In this document: piece after piece, positions 25,452 through 35,519 of the stretch
How the letters are laid out: each line of letters begins with the position of its first letter
Position numbering within the stretch: position 1 is the stretch's first letter
Source: Dudresnaya verticillata
Taxonomy: Eukaryota
Assembly (NCBI GenBank): GCA_977862235.1
Contig: OZ374562.1
Location: 124,001 to 188,000 of the forward strand
Length of the DNA: 64,000 nucleotides
Reading direction: 5' to 3'
Program-made: the position numbers and the translations under genes
The notes under the pieces: generated by a model
Seen by the model: the letters and a program-made list of their open reading frames with translations, nothing else
Database searches by the model: none
Told to the model about the DNA's origin: nothing

Positions 25452-27461
25452 TTATGATTGCCTGCTCTCCTCAATCATACATGCGGAACCGTTTCCGCCT
25501 CCCATCGTCCCAGACGTAGCACCACAAGAGCCTGCCGATCCGATCCCAGCCGATGACACTCTGACAACACCAAGCTCTTCATCAACATGCTCTGTGTCCT
25601 CATCCATCGCAAACGGATCCTCGTCAAACACAACATGCGCCTTGACATGGTGAAAAGAACCATGTGTTCGTCGCGAAGAACCGCCATACCAGCTCGCAGA
25701 GGAACCAACTGTAACCGCGCTGCGCTCGCGCTTGCTCGCACTTGAAGTACCAGACGTAACGTCTGTCATCGCACTTGACGATGGGTCTCCACCGCCACCA
25801 CCAGCGTCACCAACATTTCCGCTGCTCTTCTTTCGTTGCGCTTCGCGCTTCGCTCGATAGGCATCACTCAAGGGCTTGAACTTGGACTTGGGCATAGAGG
25901 TGGTCTTGCGCTGCGCAATGCCCTCCTGTACACTTTGCATGGCACTAGCAAAGGTCTCCGCCTGGCTTGGTAGATCAAAGCCGCCTGCGCGGTCAAACGC
26001 GAGTAGAAAATCATGGGAAATATTTGGGTGATAGAGCAAAATCTCTTCCAGGAAGAGTTTGCGCATGGCCTCTGGATTAAGCTTGGAGCGCTCAAACGCA
26101 AACTCGTGCTGCGGTATTGGCTTGACGACAGGCTCCGGGTCCTCGTCATGCAAGTCTCGGAAATATGGATGAGACAAAGCTTCCAGAGCGGTAGGTCGTC
26201 GCGCCGGGTCAAACTCAAGCAGCCACTCGAGCAAGGAGCAGGCTTCCGGTTCAGCGTCGGGGAATATCTGGGAAAATGGGCGTCGTCTGCGACGCGGGAG
26301 CTGACGGAAGTGGTCACGGACCCTGGCAGACTGGACCTTGGAGATGGCTTCCTCTGACGGAGAGCCCAGAATGGACGTCATGAGTTGGAGCTGATCATAA
26401 CCATCCTTGCCCGGGAACAAGGGCTTGCCCTTACCCAGCATCTCCGCGAAAATGCATCCCGCCGACCAGATGTCGATGGCAGTGGAATACTTTGTAAAGT
26501 GGGTCATGATGAGCTCCGGGGCGCGGTACCAGCGGGTGGCAACATAGTCGGTCCAGTAGACCATATCCGGCTGATCGTCAAATGCGGCCCTGGCGAGACC
26601 AAAGTCGCAGATGCGGAGGGCGCAGTGAGTGTTGACGAGAATGTTGTTGGGCTTGAGGTCGCGGTGGAAGACGCCCTTGGAGTGCAGAAAGTAGATGCCG
26701 CGCAGAAGCTGGTACATAAAGTACTGAATGTGCAACGGGCTAAGGTCGGTCTCGCTACGCAGGACGTGGTTGAGGTCGGTGGGCATAAGCTCAAAGACCA
26801 GGAAGACGTCATTGAAGTCCTTGGTGCTGCTGGGCATGAGAATACCCTTCATCTCGACAATGTTCTGATGTCCGCGTAGCAAGCGCAGAAACTTGAGCTC
26901 TCGCAGGAGGCGGATGGAAACGGGGACCTTGTCAAAGCCCCTCGACACGCGCTTGACGGCGACGGTCTCGCCAGACACATTGTCAACAGCGCTGCACACG
27001 ACGCCACTGGCGCCCTCACCGATGATCTGCTGGACGGTGTACTTGTTCTCGACGAGCGGGACCTCGAAGAAGTCCTTGCGGAGCTGTCGGAGCCTTCTCA
27101 GACGCTCATCTCTGAGGCGGTCGCGCTCGCGCTCCTTGTCGCGCTGGGCGGCGAGATAGGCGGCGTGCTGGTGCTGCTGGGCAGCAAGGACGGCGGCGTG
27201 GTGGGCGGCGAGGGCCGAGTTGGGGTTGTGGTGGTGGTGGTGTTGCTGCTGCAGGTGGTGGTGCTGCGGGTGGTGCGAGTGCTGCTGCACCGGGTGGTGA
27301 GCGGGGTGCTGCGGATGGTGGACGTACTGCTGGCGCGGGTGGTGGTGGTGCTGGGGCGGTTGGTGGTGGTGCTGAGGCGGGTAGTACGGGTTCTGCGGCG
27401 GGGCGGCAGCGGCGGGGTGCGGGCGATACGGGTCGTGCGGGGCGCGGTCGCGACCGGCCAT
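25452..27461 (-). CDS. Mitogen-activated protein kinase, TDY (plant group D-like) type, 669 aa, with a His/Gln-rich N-terminus
   Basis: IGEGASGVV, VAVK, LRELKFLR, HRDLKPNN, ICDFGLAR, WTDYVATRWYRAPE; likely start MAGRDRAP at 27461. Confidence 0.95.
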   Translation of the reverse strand: MAGRDRAPHDPYRPHPAAAAPPQNPYYPPQHHHQPPQHHHHPRQQYVHHPQHPAHHPVQQHSHHPQHHHLQQQHHHHHNPNSALAAHHAAVLAAQQHQHAAYLAAQRDKERERDRLRDERLRRLRQLRKDFFEVPLVENKYTVQQIIGEGASGVVCSAVDNVSGETVAVKRVSRGFDKVPVSIRLLRELKFLRLLRGHQNIVEMKGILMPSSTKDFNDVFLVFELMPTDLNHVLRSETDLSPLHIQYFMYQLLRGIYFLHSKGVFHRDLKPNNILVNTHCALRICDFGLARAAFDDQPDMVYWTDYVATRWYRAPELIMTHFTKYSTAIDIWSAGCIFAEMLGKGKPLFPGKDGYDQLQLMTSILGSPSEEAISKVQSARVRDHFRQLPRRRRRPFSQIFPDAEPEACSLLEWLLEFDPARRPTALEALSHPYFRDLHDEDPEPVVKPIPQHEFAFERSKLNPEAMRKLFLEEILLYHPNISHDFLLAFDRAGGFDLPSQAETFASAMQSVQEGIAQRKTTSMPKSKFKPLSDAYRAKREAQRKKSSGNVGDAGGGGGDPSSSAMTDVTSGTSSASKRERSAVTVGSSASWYGGSSRRTHGSFHHVKAHVVFDEDPFAMDEDTEHVDEELGVVRVSSAGIGSAGSCGATSGTMGGGNGSACMIEESRQS

Positions 27462-28797
27462 GGGTAGGTTGCGGGGTGGGGCGAAGGCGGAAGTGGAGAT
27501 GGAGATGGAGATGGGGATGCGGGGGTGGGTGGGGAGGAGGGAGGGGGGGGGGAGGGGAGGAGGGTAGAAAGGGAAAAAGGGGGGCGGGTGGGGGGGGAGG
27601 CGTGCGGGTTGTGTTTGGAGGTGGTAGTGCGCGGGGGCGGCTCGGCGCAAGGGCACAGGCAGGGTGCGGTGGGTGGGCGGCAACTAGGGTTAGGCGCGGC
27701 GCGTGGTTGGCGAGACCGGCGGCTTACAGCTGGAAGGGCGCGCCACGTCGACCGCTGTAATTGCCGAAGATTCCGCGCCTCCCCTCGCGAGACTGCTGTT
27801 GCACACGCTCTCCACGCCGTCACCGCCGAAGAACAGAAGGTAGACGCATCGTTTGTCGCATTGTTTGTCTCGCCGCCTCCGCTTGTACGTACTGTACTGC
27901 ACTGTGTGTGCACACACATCAGGACATCAGGACATCACAAAGCGCAGCTGCCGCCCCCCGCCACAGCCTGCCAGACACAGCCTGCACCTAAGATACCCCC
28001 AGTAGGTGCACACCCCGTTCCACCCACTGCAGCGCTGCAGCCGCGCGCGCCACCCGCCGAATGCGCCCGCGCCACGCGGGCGCGCGCGCGCGAGGCAACG
28101 CAGCGCGGCGCAACGCAGCGCTCGCAGCCCTCAGCCCTCAGCCCTCAGCCGAGCAGCCTGCCGCTCCGGCAACGGCGCGGCGCGGAGCGCGCGTTCGCGC
28201 ACGCGCGGCCTGGGCTCGCACGCGTGCCGCCGCGGGCCGCCGCGCCGCGCCGCGCGCAGCCGCGCGCTGCCCGATCACGATCACGCGCCCGCGCCCGCGC
28301 GCCCGCACCTCGCAGACACGCCGAGAAACGCGCGCACGCACGCACTTGCTCGGCGCGGCGCGCGTCGCGCGCTTCCGGCGCGCCAACGCCAACGCCAACG
28401 CGCAACGCGCTTGCGCCCGCCCGCCCGCCGTGTGCTCGCCGCGCCGGCGCGCGTGATTGGCCGCCGTGCGCGGAAACACGCCGCGCGTGTGGCGCCAGCA
28501 CACGCCGGTCCGCCGCCGGCCCGCCGGCCGCTGGACATCACACACTACACACTGTATAGAGCAGTACAGCGCTCTGCGTGCGCATCACCACCAGTCCGGG
28601 CGCGCGCCATCACCACACCGGCGTGCTCATCGCACGGCCGGCGCGCCTCCGCCGCCCCCGTCGAGTTGCATGGCGCGGCCGCGGCCGCCCACCCGCGCCG
28701 CGCCGCCCGCGCCGTATAACCCGCCCGCGCCGCGCATCGCCGCTGAACCGCCGCCACGCCGCCACGCCGCCACGCCCCCTCCGCGCCCGCACGTACC

Positions 28798-29553
28798 ATG
28801 TCCGGAACATACCTCCTCTCAACGCTGCACACGGTGGTCACGGCAGCCTCGCCGGACTATGTGGGGAGCATAACGCTGTCCGCAACGGCGTGCGCCGCGG
28901 CCGCGCTGCACGCGCGCCAGCAGGTCCAGCTGCGCGTGCTGCGCACCGGCCGCGAGCTGTGGACCTACGTCATTGTCGCCCCGCCGGGTGCCGCGCTCGA
29001 CGTCGTGTGCGTCAACGGCGCTGCCGCGCGCCACGTCGCCGCGGGCGACCTCGTCGCAGTCCTGGCCTACGTCCGCGCCGCTGCCCCCCCCGAGCCGCGC
29101 TTTGTTGACGCAGTTGCCACCCCGCTCCCGCTGCACCATGCCCCCGCGCCCGACGACTTGCTCGTCGACGTAGCTGTTGGTAAGGTACATCGCCCGCGCG
29201 TCACCCGCGTGGGAGCCGCCGTCTCCCCGTGCGTTGCTCTGGATCCCTGCTGGATGCGCGACGCTGCCTTGGTACAAGGCATGCAGGTCCATGTTGTTAG
29301 CGTCGCGTCGGGAAGGAGGGACATCCTGCCGCTTCGCGCTGCTCGGGAGGGTTCGCGCGCTTGTGAGGTCATGGCGGGCGGTGACGGATATGCCGTTGGC
29401 CACGTTGTTATTGTTATGGCCTATGCAACTTTTTCTATGGCCTGCTTGAGGAAGGGCGCCTTGCCCCCAATTCATGTGTGCTTTCCAGAGGAGACCCCCA
29501 TGGAACAGCGCAGAGAGTGTCAAACAGTCTATGGGCTTAAACGCGAGCCGTAG
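28798..29553 (+). CDS. panD: Aspartate 1-decarboxylase (PanD)-like protein made of two tandem PanD repeats (251 aa)
   Basis: Repeat 1: LH..VT.A..DYVGSITL...G...WTYVI...VCVNGAAARHV..GDLV.V.AY. Repeat 2: GKVHRPRVT...ALD...A.L....VHVV.V.SGRR....AAREGSR...VG.VVIVMAY. Both align by eye with recalled E. coli PanD. Confidence 0.88.
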   Translation: MSGTYLLSTLHTVVTAASPDYVGSITLSATACAAAALHARQQVQLRVLRTGRELWTYVIVAPPGAALDVVCVNGAAARHVAAGDLVAVLAYVRAAAPPEPRFVDAVATPLPLHHAPAPDDLLVDVAVGKVHRPRVTRVGAAVSPCVALDPCWMRDAALVQGMQVHVVSVASGRRDILPLRAAREGSRACEVMAGGDGYAVGHVVIVMAYATFSMACLRKGALPPIHVCFPEETPMEQRRECQTVYGLKREP

Positions 29554-30129
29554 TACTATTTTACATGTTGTTGGGAAAGAGAAACTTTGTTTGTTTACAT
29601 CCCAAGGTACAGACACTCCACGAATCTCGTATGGCAGAGTACCGACCCTGGCCATGGCCCACCGGCCCACGCGAAAGCTTTTTCTCAGATTGCGGATGTA
29701 TCTCCAGGTTTGCAGTTTGATGTGTTTTCGCTGCACGTCCAGTCACCTCTTTCCGGTCTTAAAGAAGTGCCCGTTTGGTATCGGCACCTTGCAATCCATC
29801 ATCCAGATCGACATAGCGTTCCGTGCTGGAGTCCGAATGAAGCCTCCTCTTCAAGAATTGGAACGTTAATCCACATCCAGCCAGTCCACATATCTATTCT
29901 CCTATGTCTCTGCACCCAATGCTCGACACAGCCAAAGCACACAGAACGATGTTGGAATCAACATCCGCATCCTGTTGGCGGCGTCTCAAAATCGCACGCT
30001 TTTCTCACACAAAGCACGTTACACGCAGACACGGCAAACTGCGACAATTACAAAACAGCACTGACAAGCTGCAAAATACAACCAAGCAGCGCCTGTCAAC
30101 CAGTCCAGCCACCGCTGCGAGAGCCTCAG

Positions 30130-31541
30130 CTAGTAAATGCCAGGGATCATTTTTGAAGGAACAAGCTTGCAGTACTCATCATAGTACTTGCCATACTTCT
30201 CGGAGCAACGAATCTCATCACGATACGCGCGGTCGGTCAACAGAATAGTGAGAAAGATGACATACACATATGGAATGACCCCAGTGGTAGCCGCAGGGAC
30301 GCTCCAGCAGAATGCGAGCGTGATTTCAAACACATAGTTGATATGACGAGCCACGCCCCACCACCCGCTGGCGAGCAGCAGGCTGCGGCGCGTCTTACCG
30401 TCGCCGGTGGTGTATTGTGCTTCCACGACACGCGGCGCTTTGCCCCAGATCTTGATGTCGCCGTTCGCGGCGCGGAACTTCTGCCGCTGCAGATCTGTCC
30501 AATAGTTGCACCCCACAGCGGTCACGCCTACGACGGCCAGTGCTATCGCTGCCAGATTGTCCCATTGCACTGGGTGCGTCGTGAGGAAGTAGCTCGTCAA
30601 TGTGTAGATACTCGGCAAGAAGGCAGAGCATCCCCAGAAGATGTAGAAGCCAAAGCGGTCGTGGATGATGTCCACCTACACGCACATGAGGCATGGCATT
30701 GCAATACCAAGTATCAGTCAGACTCCAGGTTACTAAAAGAAGAAGGCTTCAATGGTGGATGACGATGGGTGAGACTTACCGAGTTGAAATAGCCACCCTC
30801 CCAGCAGAAGAACTTAAATATATAGACAGTCTGTAAGAACAATGACACGATCATCGAGTTGCTGACTGACCCATAAAGCTCCTTTTGCTTGTAGGCAAAC
30901 GCAACAATAGCAACACTCCAACCCATCATGGCAAAGCGACAGTTAATAAGCTGCTTCAAACTAACACCAAAGATCTCGGGGTGAAGCTCAGTCCCATGCC
31001 ATAGATCCCAAACGAAGCCATGCTCCGTCGGACCGCTATCCGTGTTAGTAGGCCAATAAATGCCCCTGACATACAGCAGCAAGGTGAAAACAATAGCAGC
31101 CTGGTTCAAAAGCGCAAGCATCTGGCCAAACAGATCGTACAAGGCACCATATCTGATCCACCCTTGCGCGGCTGCAACAACCAAAGCGACATGCGTGAGG
31201 AAGAAGCACGCAACTCCGTTAAGCCTGTATCGCGGACGGTTGCCCATCGGGGTGGGGATGGCAGTGAAGACGGGGCCAGGGACGAGGACGAGGAGGAGGA
31301 GCTGTGCGAGCAGGAAGGAGGCGGCGACGGCGGCCGCCTCCAGCGACGCGGACGGGAAGTGCGACCACAGCGAAAGAAGCGAGTCAGTCAGCGCAGCCAC
31401 GGCGCTTCCGCCGTAGTGGAAGCACACGACCCACACCAGCTGCACGCCCGGCGGCGCTACCAGCATCAGGAAGAGCGGGATCAGGGTCGTGCGCAGCAGC
31501 GTATCGCCCTTCGCGGGGTGCTCGGCTGTGGACGGCGACAT
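30130..31541 (-). CDS. DWF5: 7-dehydrocholesterol / sterol delta-7 reductase (ERG4/ERG24 family); exons 31541-30780 and 30675-30130, 435 aa
   Basis: GNRPRYRLNG, WHGTELHP, NCRFAMMGW, FFCWEGGYFNS|VDIIHDRFGFY, LLASGWWGVARHINY, RDEIRCSEKYG; 104-nt intron GTAAGT..CTGAC..TAG at 30779-30676. Confidence 0.93.
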
Positions 31542-32629
31542 GGTGAGAACAGGCGGAGCGAAAGAGAGCGTTGGGGCATAGACTGGGCTCCCGGCTATCG
31601 CAGGAGAGGGTGTCGCGAAGGCGATAAAGCGTGGGCGGTAGGTCCTAGACTACTGTTCAGTAGCTAGACGAGACAAGTTGTGTCGAAACGAAGGGTGGTT
31701 GGTGCTCCTCATGGTCGGGTCTGTCGCGCCAATCGCTCTGGGTCTGGCAAAATGATGTGATCCTCAGGGCAGGCGGATGGTTTGGCGAATATTCGAAGAC
31801 GCGGAGGCATACAAGGGGCAGATTGTGATTGCAGGGTGCGGAAGGGCAACTGGGCATCGCGGCGCCAAGTGGGATGTTGCAAGCCAATGCATGAGATATA
31901 TTGAGTGGTGGAATTCCGTTGCGCATTACAGAACCGCGTGCACAGCGACATCTCGGCGGTGCAAAGCAGATATTGCTCGTTCGTTTCACAGATATTTCGG
32001 CCGGGGCGGCGGAAGCGGGAACACGACGCGGAACGCTATAAGCGCGGCCCGACAGGCAGCGGCGTTTCCGGCGGTTGCGGCGTGCAGCGAGTGTGCACCT
32101 GCGCTTTGAAATCTCGCAATATCACCGCAGCACGGCGCGCCGACCGCACGCGCGGCGCGCGAGTCCGTTAGCGCCAGAGGCGCCTTGTTGCACCACGGCA
32201 AGCGCCATGCTTGCTACTCGACCTTGCGCACGTGTTCGGCTGCCTGTTTCCACAATGGCGAAGCAGAGCCGGTGAACCCTTCCCCACCGCCCTGCTCAGC
32301 CTGAGATCCTCATCTCCAGCAGTCGCGAGCTGCGCCACTGCCCCTGGCAGCTCTTGTGCTTCGACAATGCAACCCTGTTTACAACGCCATAGACCAGGCC
32401 CACACCTGTCGCTACTTCAACCTTAGTAGTACAACCTACAGCGACGAACTATTCAAAGATACACCCTCCTCCAAATCAAATACACAGTCCCACTCCCACA
32501 GCCCAAGGAGATATACACCCATGCTCAACAGCCCAAAGTTCACCTACATGCGCAACATCCACCGTTACCAGCGATCTACACAATCTTCAAAGTTTCTGTA
32601 GAAACACATTAAATCACACTCACCCAACC

Positions 32630-33781
32630 TTAGAAAACCGATCGCGGTTCTGCAGGTGCAACCGAAGTTCGAATGATACCAAATCGGCCAACCTGATCAT
32701 AGTTATGCAGAAGCCCAGACCCATCCGGTGACGGCAACTCTGCCAGGAACTTCCAGCCGATGTGTGCATCGCAGGTGCCGCAGTGCACATCTCCCACCTC
32801 CATATCACCCTGCCGAAGGTGCTCCGGCCGCACGTTACGCACGACTCCAGCACCCTCATGCAGCCGCTTGACGAAGAACGCAGGCTGCGACGCCGTTGCC
32901 GCCCCAGACCAAGAGTGGTCCCACTCCAGATACGCGTCCAGGTCTGTCAGCCTACTGCTGGCGAGCACGTGTGACCACGGCAGCACGTCATCCCTCTCGA
33001 ACAGGGCGCGCTCGCATCCAGGTCTAGCGCACCGTACCGTGCCCTCTGGCTCCGAGATGGGCTGCCCAGCAAGCGTGACGAGGCGGCCGTTGCCGTCGAC
33101 CAGCTCGACAAAGTCGTGGTGCACAAAGTCGTGCGTGGTAGGGCAGCCAGTACTGCGGTCGTCGTGGCGGAAGCCGACGAAGACGCCGCACTTTGCGCAG
33201 CGCAGCGCGTGCACAGCCTGCAGCTCCTGCGGCAGCGGGAAGCGCTCGTTCCGGTACACGGTCTGCGCCAGGTGGCGTAGGACGTGGAAGTTGGCTGCAC
33301 CACAACGGTCGTCCACAACCATGCCCAACGCGGCCGGGTCGACCGGCGGGTGGCGGTCGTGCAACTGCAGGAAGCTGCGGCGCGGCAGCTTGGAGGTCGG
33401 ACCGAGCGACACGTGGCGGGCCTCGCGGCTGGCGGCGACGTCGGCTAGCGCGAGCTCGCGCGGGTGGAAGAGGCCGGTGCGGCACGACACGCAGCGGAAC
33501 TCGCGGCGCAGCAACGGCTCTGCTAGATCGTGGAAGACGCGGCACGAGCCGGCGAGGTGGGCGATGTCTGACTGGGGCATGAGCGACAGAAGCTTCTTCT
33601 GCAAATCCTCGGGGAGGTTCTGGATCATGTGCGGGTGTGGAGGAGCAACGGGGTGGTGGTAGCGCTGGTGATGGTGGTGGTGATGGTGGTGTGACGGCGA
33701 GGATGGTGGCGGAGGTGGCGGCGGCGGCGGCGGCGGCTGGGACGGCGGCAGGGCCGTTGCGGTAAAGTGCGGCGGTGCCAT
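32630..33781 (-). CDS. F-box protein with two Yippee/Mis18-like zinc-binding domains (383 aa from the likely ATG at 33781)
   Basis: F-box-like NLPEDLQKKLLSLMPQSDIAHLAGSCRVFHDLA; FRCVSCRTGL...LRCAKCGVFVGF; VRCARPGC...LRQGDMEVGDVHCGTCDAHIGWKF...QVGRFGI. Confidence 0.8.
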   Translation of the reverse strand: MAPPHFTATALPPSQPPPPPPPPPPPSSPSHHHHHHHHQRYHHPVAPPHPHMIQNLPEDLQKKLLSLMPQSDIAHLAGSCRVFHDLAEPLLRREFRCVSCRTGLFHPRELALADVAASREARHVSLGPTSKLPRRSFLQLHDRHPPVDPAALGMVVDDRCGAANFHVLRHLAQTVYRNERFPLPQELQAVHALRCAKCGVFVGFRHDDRSTGCPTTHDFVHHDFVELVDGNGRLVTLAGQPISEPEGTVRCARPGCERALFERDDVLPWSHVLASSRLTDLDAYLEWDHSWSGAATASQPAFFVKRLHEGAGVVRNVRPEHLRQGDMEVGDVHCGTCDAHIGWKFLAELPSPDGSGLLHNYDQVGRFGIIRTSVAPAEPRSVF

Positions 33782-33949
33782 GATGTTGGTAAGCGGGAGC
33801 AGGCGGCGCGGACGGGCGGCTGAGGGGTGGTGTGCGCGTACGTGCGGCGCACGCGAGGGGGGCGAGGCGGGGTGCGACGGGGTGCGAGGCGGGGTGCGAC
33901 GGGGTGCGAGGCAGGCGGCAGAAGGGCGGTGGGGGTTGCGTGTGCGGGA

Positions 33950-34015
33950 CGCGGGGACGAGGTGGGTCGCAGGGCCGCGCGGGGACGAGGTGGGTCGCAG
34001 GGCCGCGCGGGGACG
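33950..34015. repeat. 28-bp tandem repeat (x2.4) in the leader of the F-box gene
   Basis: cgcggggacgaggtgggtcgcagggccg repeated. Confidence 0.85.
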
Positions 34016-35157
34016 GGCGCGGGCATATATACGGGCCACGGGGAAGGGGCGTTGGCGGGGCTGTTCGGTTTCGTTTCGTGGTGCGGGGTGGAACAAGGCA
34101 CGGCGAGCGCGACTCTGCGCTTGGCGCTCCGCGCAGCGCGCCATCGTGGAGCGGGCGTGCGACACGCAACGCGCGCTGTTTTTGTGGAAGTTTGCGCTGG
34201 GCATTACAGTACAGCGACGCGATGCGGGCGCTTTTTGGGACCTCCTGACATCAGGAGCGAGGTGATGGTGTGTGTGTGCTGGAATGCTGAGGTGGTGCTG
34301 GTCCGTGCCGGCACGGACGTGCATGTCGCATGCGGCATTGCATTGCGTCGAAAAATCTCAGATGGCAACGACGGGTTTTAAATTCACACCAGCAGTGCCA
34401 ATATGCGCGCAAAGTTGCTTTCTATGGTGTTGTACCTCTCTGCTCTCAAAGAGAAACGCGCACAATCAGAGGTGACCAAGATACAGTGTTGTGAGCCTTC
34501 ATCACCTTCTTACGGACGGCGTTCTGTAGCAACTGCGCTGCCTACTGTGCTTGCAAGCTTCACAAAGGAGCTGCGAATGCTCTAGAGGTACGTACAACAC
34601 TGCGCCGCTTCTTCATTGTTGCAAAAGCATATAACTCATCGATAGCTCCGTGTTATCGAAAGCGTATAGGCTACATGAGCTACGCGCAGAGGCCAGTCCG
34701 TTTTAAAATTCTTCTGCGAGTCTTGCAGTCACTGTTCTTTCAATTATCAAGAGCACCAAAAGTCTGAGCCGTCTTCACAAAGGTCGCCACTCTTCCACTC
34801 GTTCCCTACTCGTTGTGCAAGGTCGCCCACAGAGCATTGCCATTGGCCACCTTCCGGCGCCGCCAGAGTCCCGGTGCCGCTTCCGGCACGAACCGCCACT
34901 CTGCTGCTCCTCCACTGCCCATACAATTTCATTGGCAGCCAGCAGGCACCCCACAGCCACAAGCAACCGCATTTGTTCCTCCGTGCAAAACGCCTGCTCG
35001 GAGCTCCTTTCCGACCCCGAGATTGACCAAATTGCGTCTTCTAGTTCCACGTCAACAACGAGTGCAGATCCCCCACCCGCGCAAACACCGGCGCACAACC
35101 CCCGCTGTGCCGCGCCTCGCCGCGCTAGCCGCGCTAGCCACCCACCCCGCCCGCACA

Positions 35158-35519
35158 ATGCCGCCGCCGCCCACCCCCACGCCCGCGCCCGCGCCCGCGC
35201 CCGCGCTGTACGACGACGAGTCGCATACCCCGCTGCTAGAGCGGCACCGTCCGGAGAGGTACCGTGCTGCCACCGCCGTCCGCTTCGCCCAGCGCCCACG
35301 CCAGCAAAAAACCCGATTGCTAACACGCCCGTTCCGCTGCGCAGCCTCGCCGCCGCGAGAACAAACGCCCTCGTGCTCGCCTCCGCGCTCCTGCTCAGCG
35401 CGGTTCTGGTCAGCCTCGCCTTCGTCCTAGCGTCTCGTCACGCCCACGTGCTCATTCACGGGAAGGCCCTCGCATTTTCCGACCCCTACGTCTTTCTCAG
35501 ACGCCGCCCTTGGTCATAA
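35158..35519 (+). CDS. Small spliced single-pass membrane protein (91 aa); exons 35158-35258 and 35345-35519
   Basis: 86-nt intron GTACCG..GCTAAC..GCAG joins MPPPPTPTPAPAPAPALYDDESHTPLLERHRPE in frame to SLAAARTNALVLASALLLSAVLVSLAFVLAS...PWS*. Confidence 0.7.

Noticed and set aside
27525..28873. 344-aa and other ORFs between the MAPK and panD-like genes
   Set aside because: GC-rich divergent promoter region; ORFs are compositional artefacts
29180..29185. GTAAGG splice donor inside the panD-like gene
   Set aside because: It encodes the conserved GKVH motif of repeat 2, and the frame stays open and alignable
32760..33662. 300-aa + strand ORF and similar antisense ORFs over other genes
   Set aside because: Shadow ORFs of GC-rich real genes on the opposite strand
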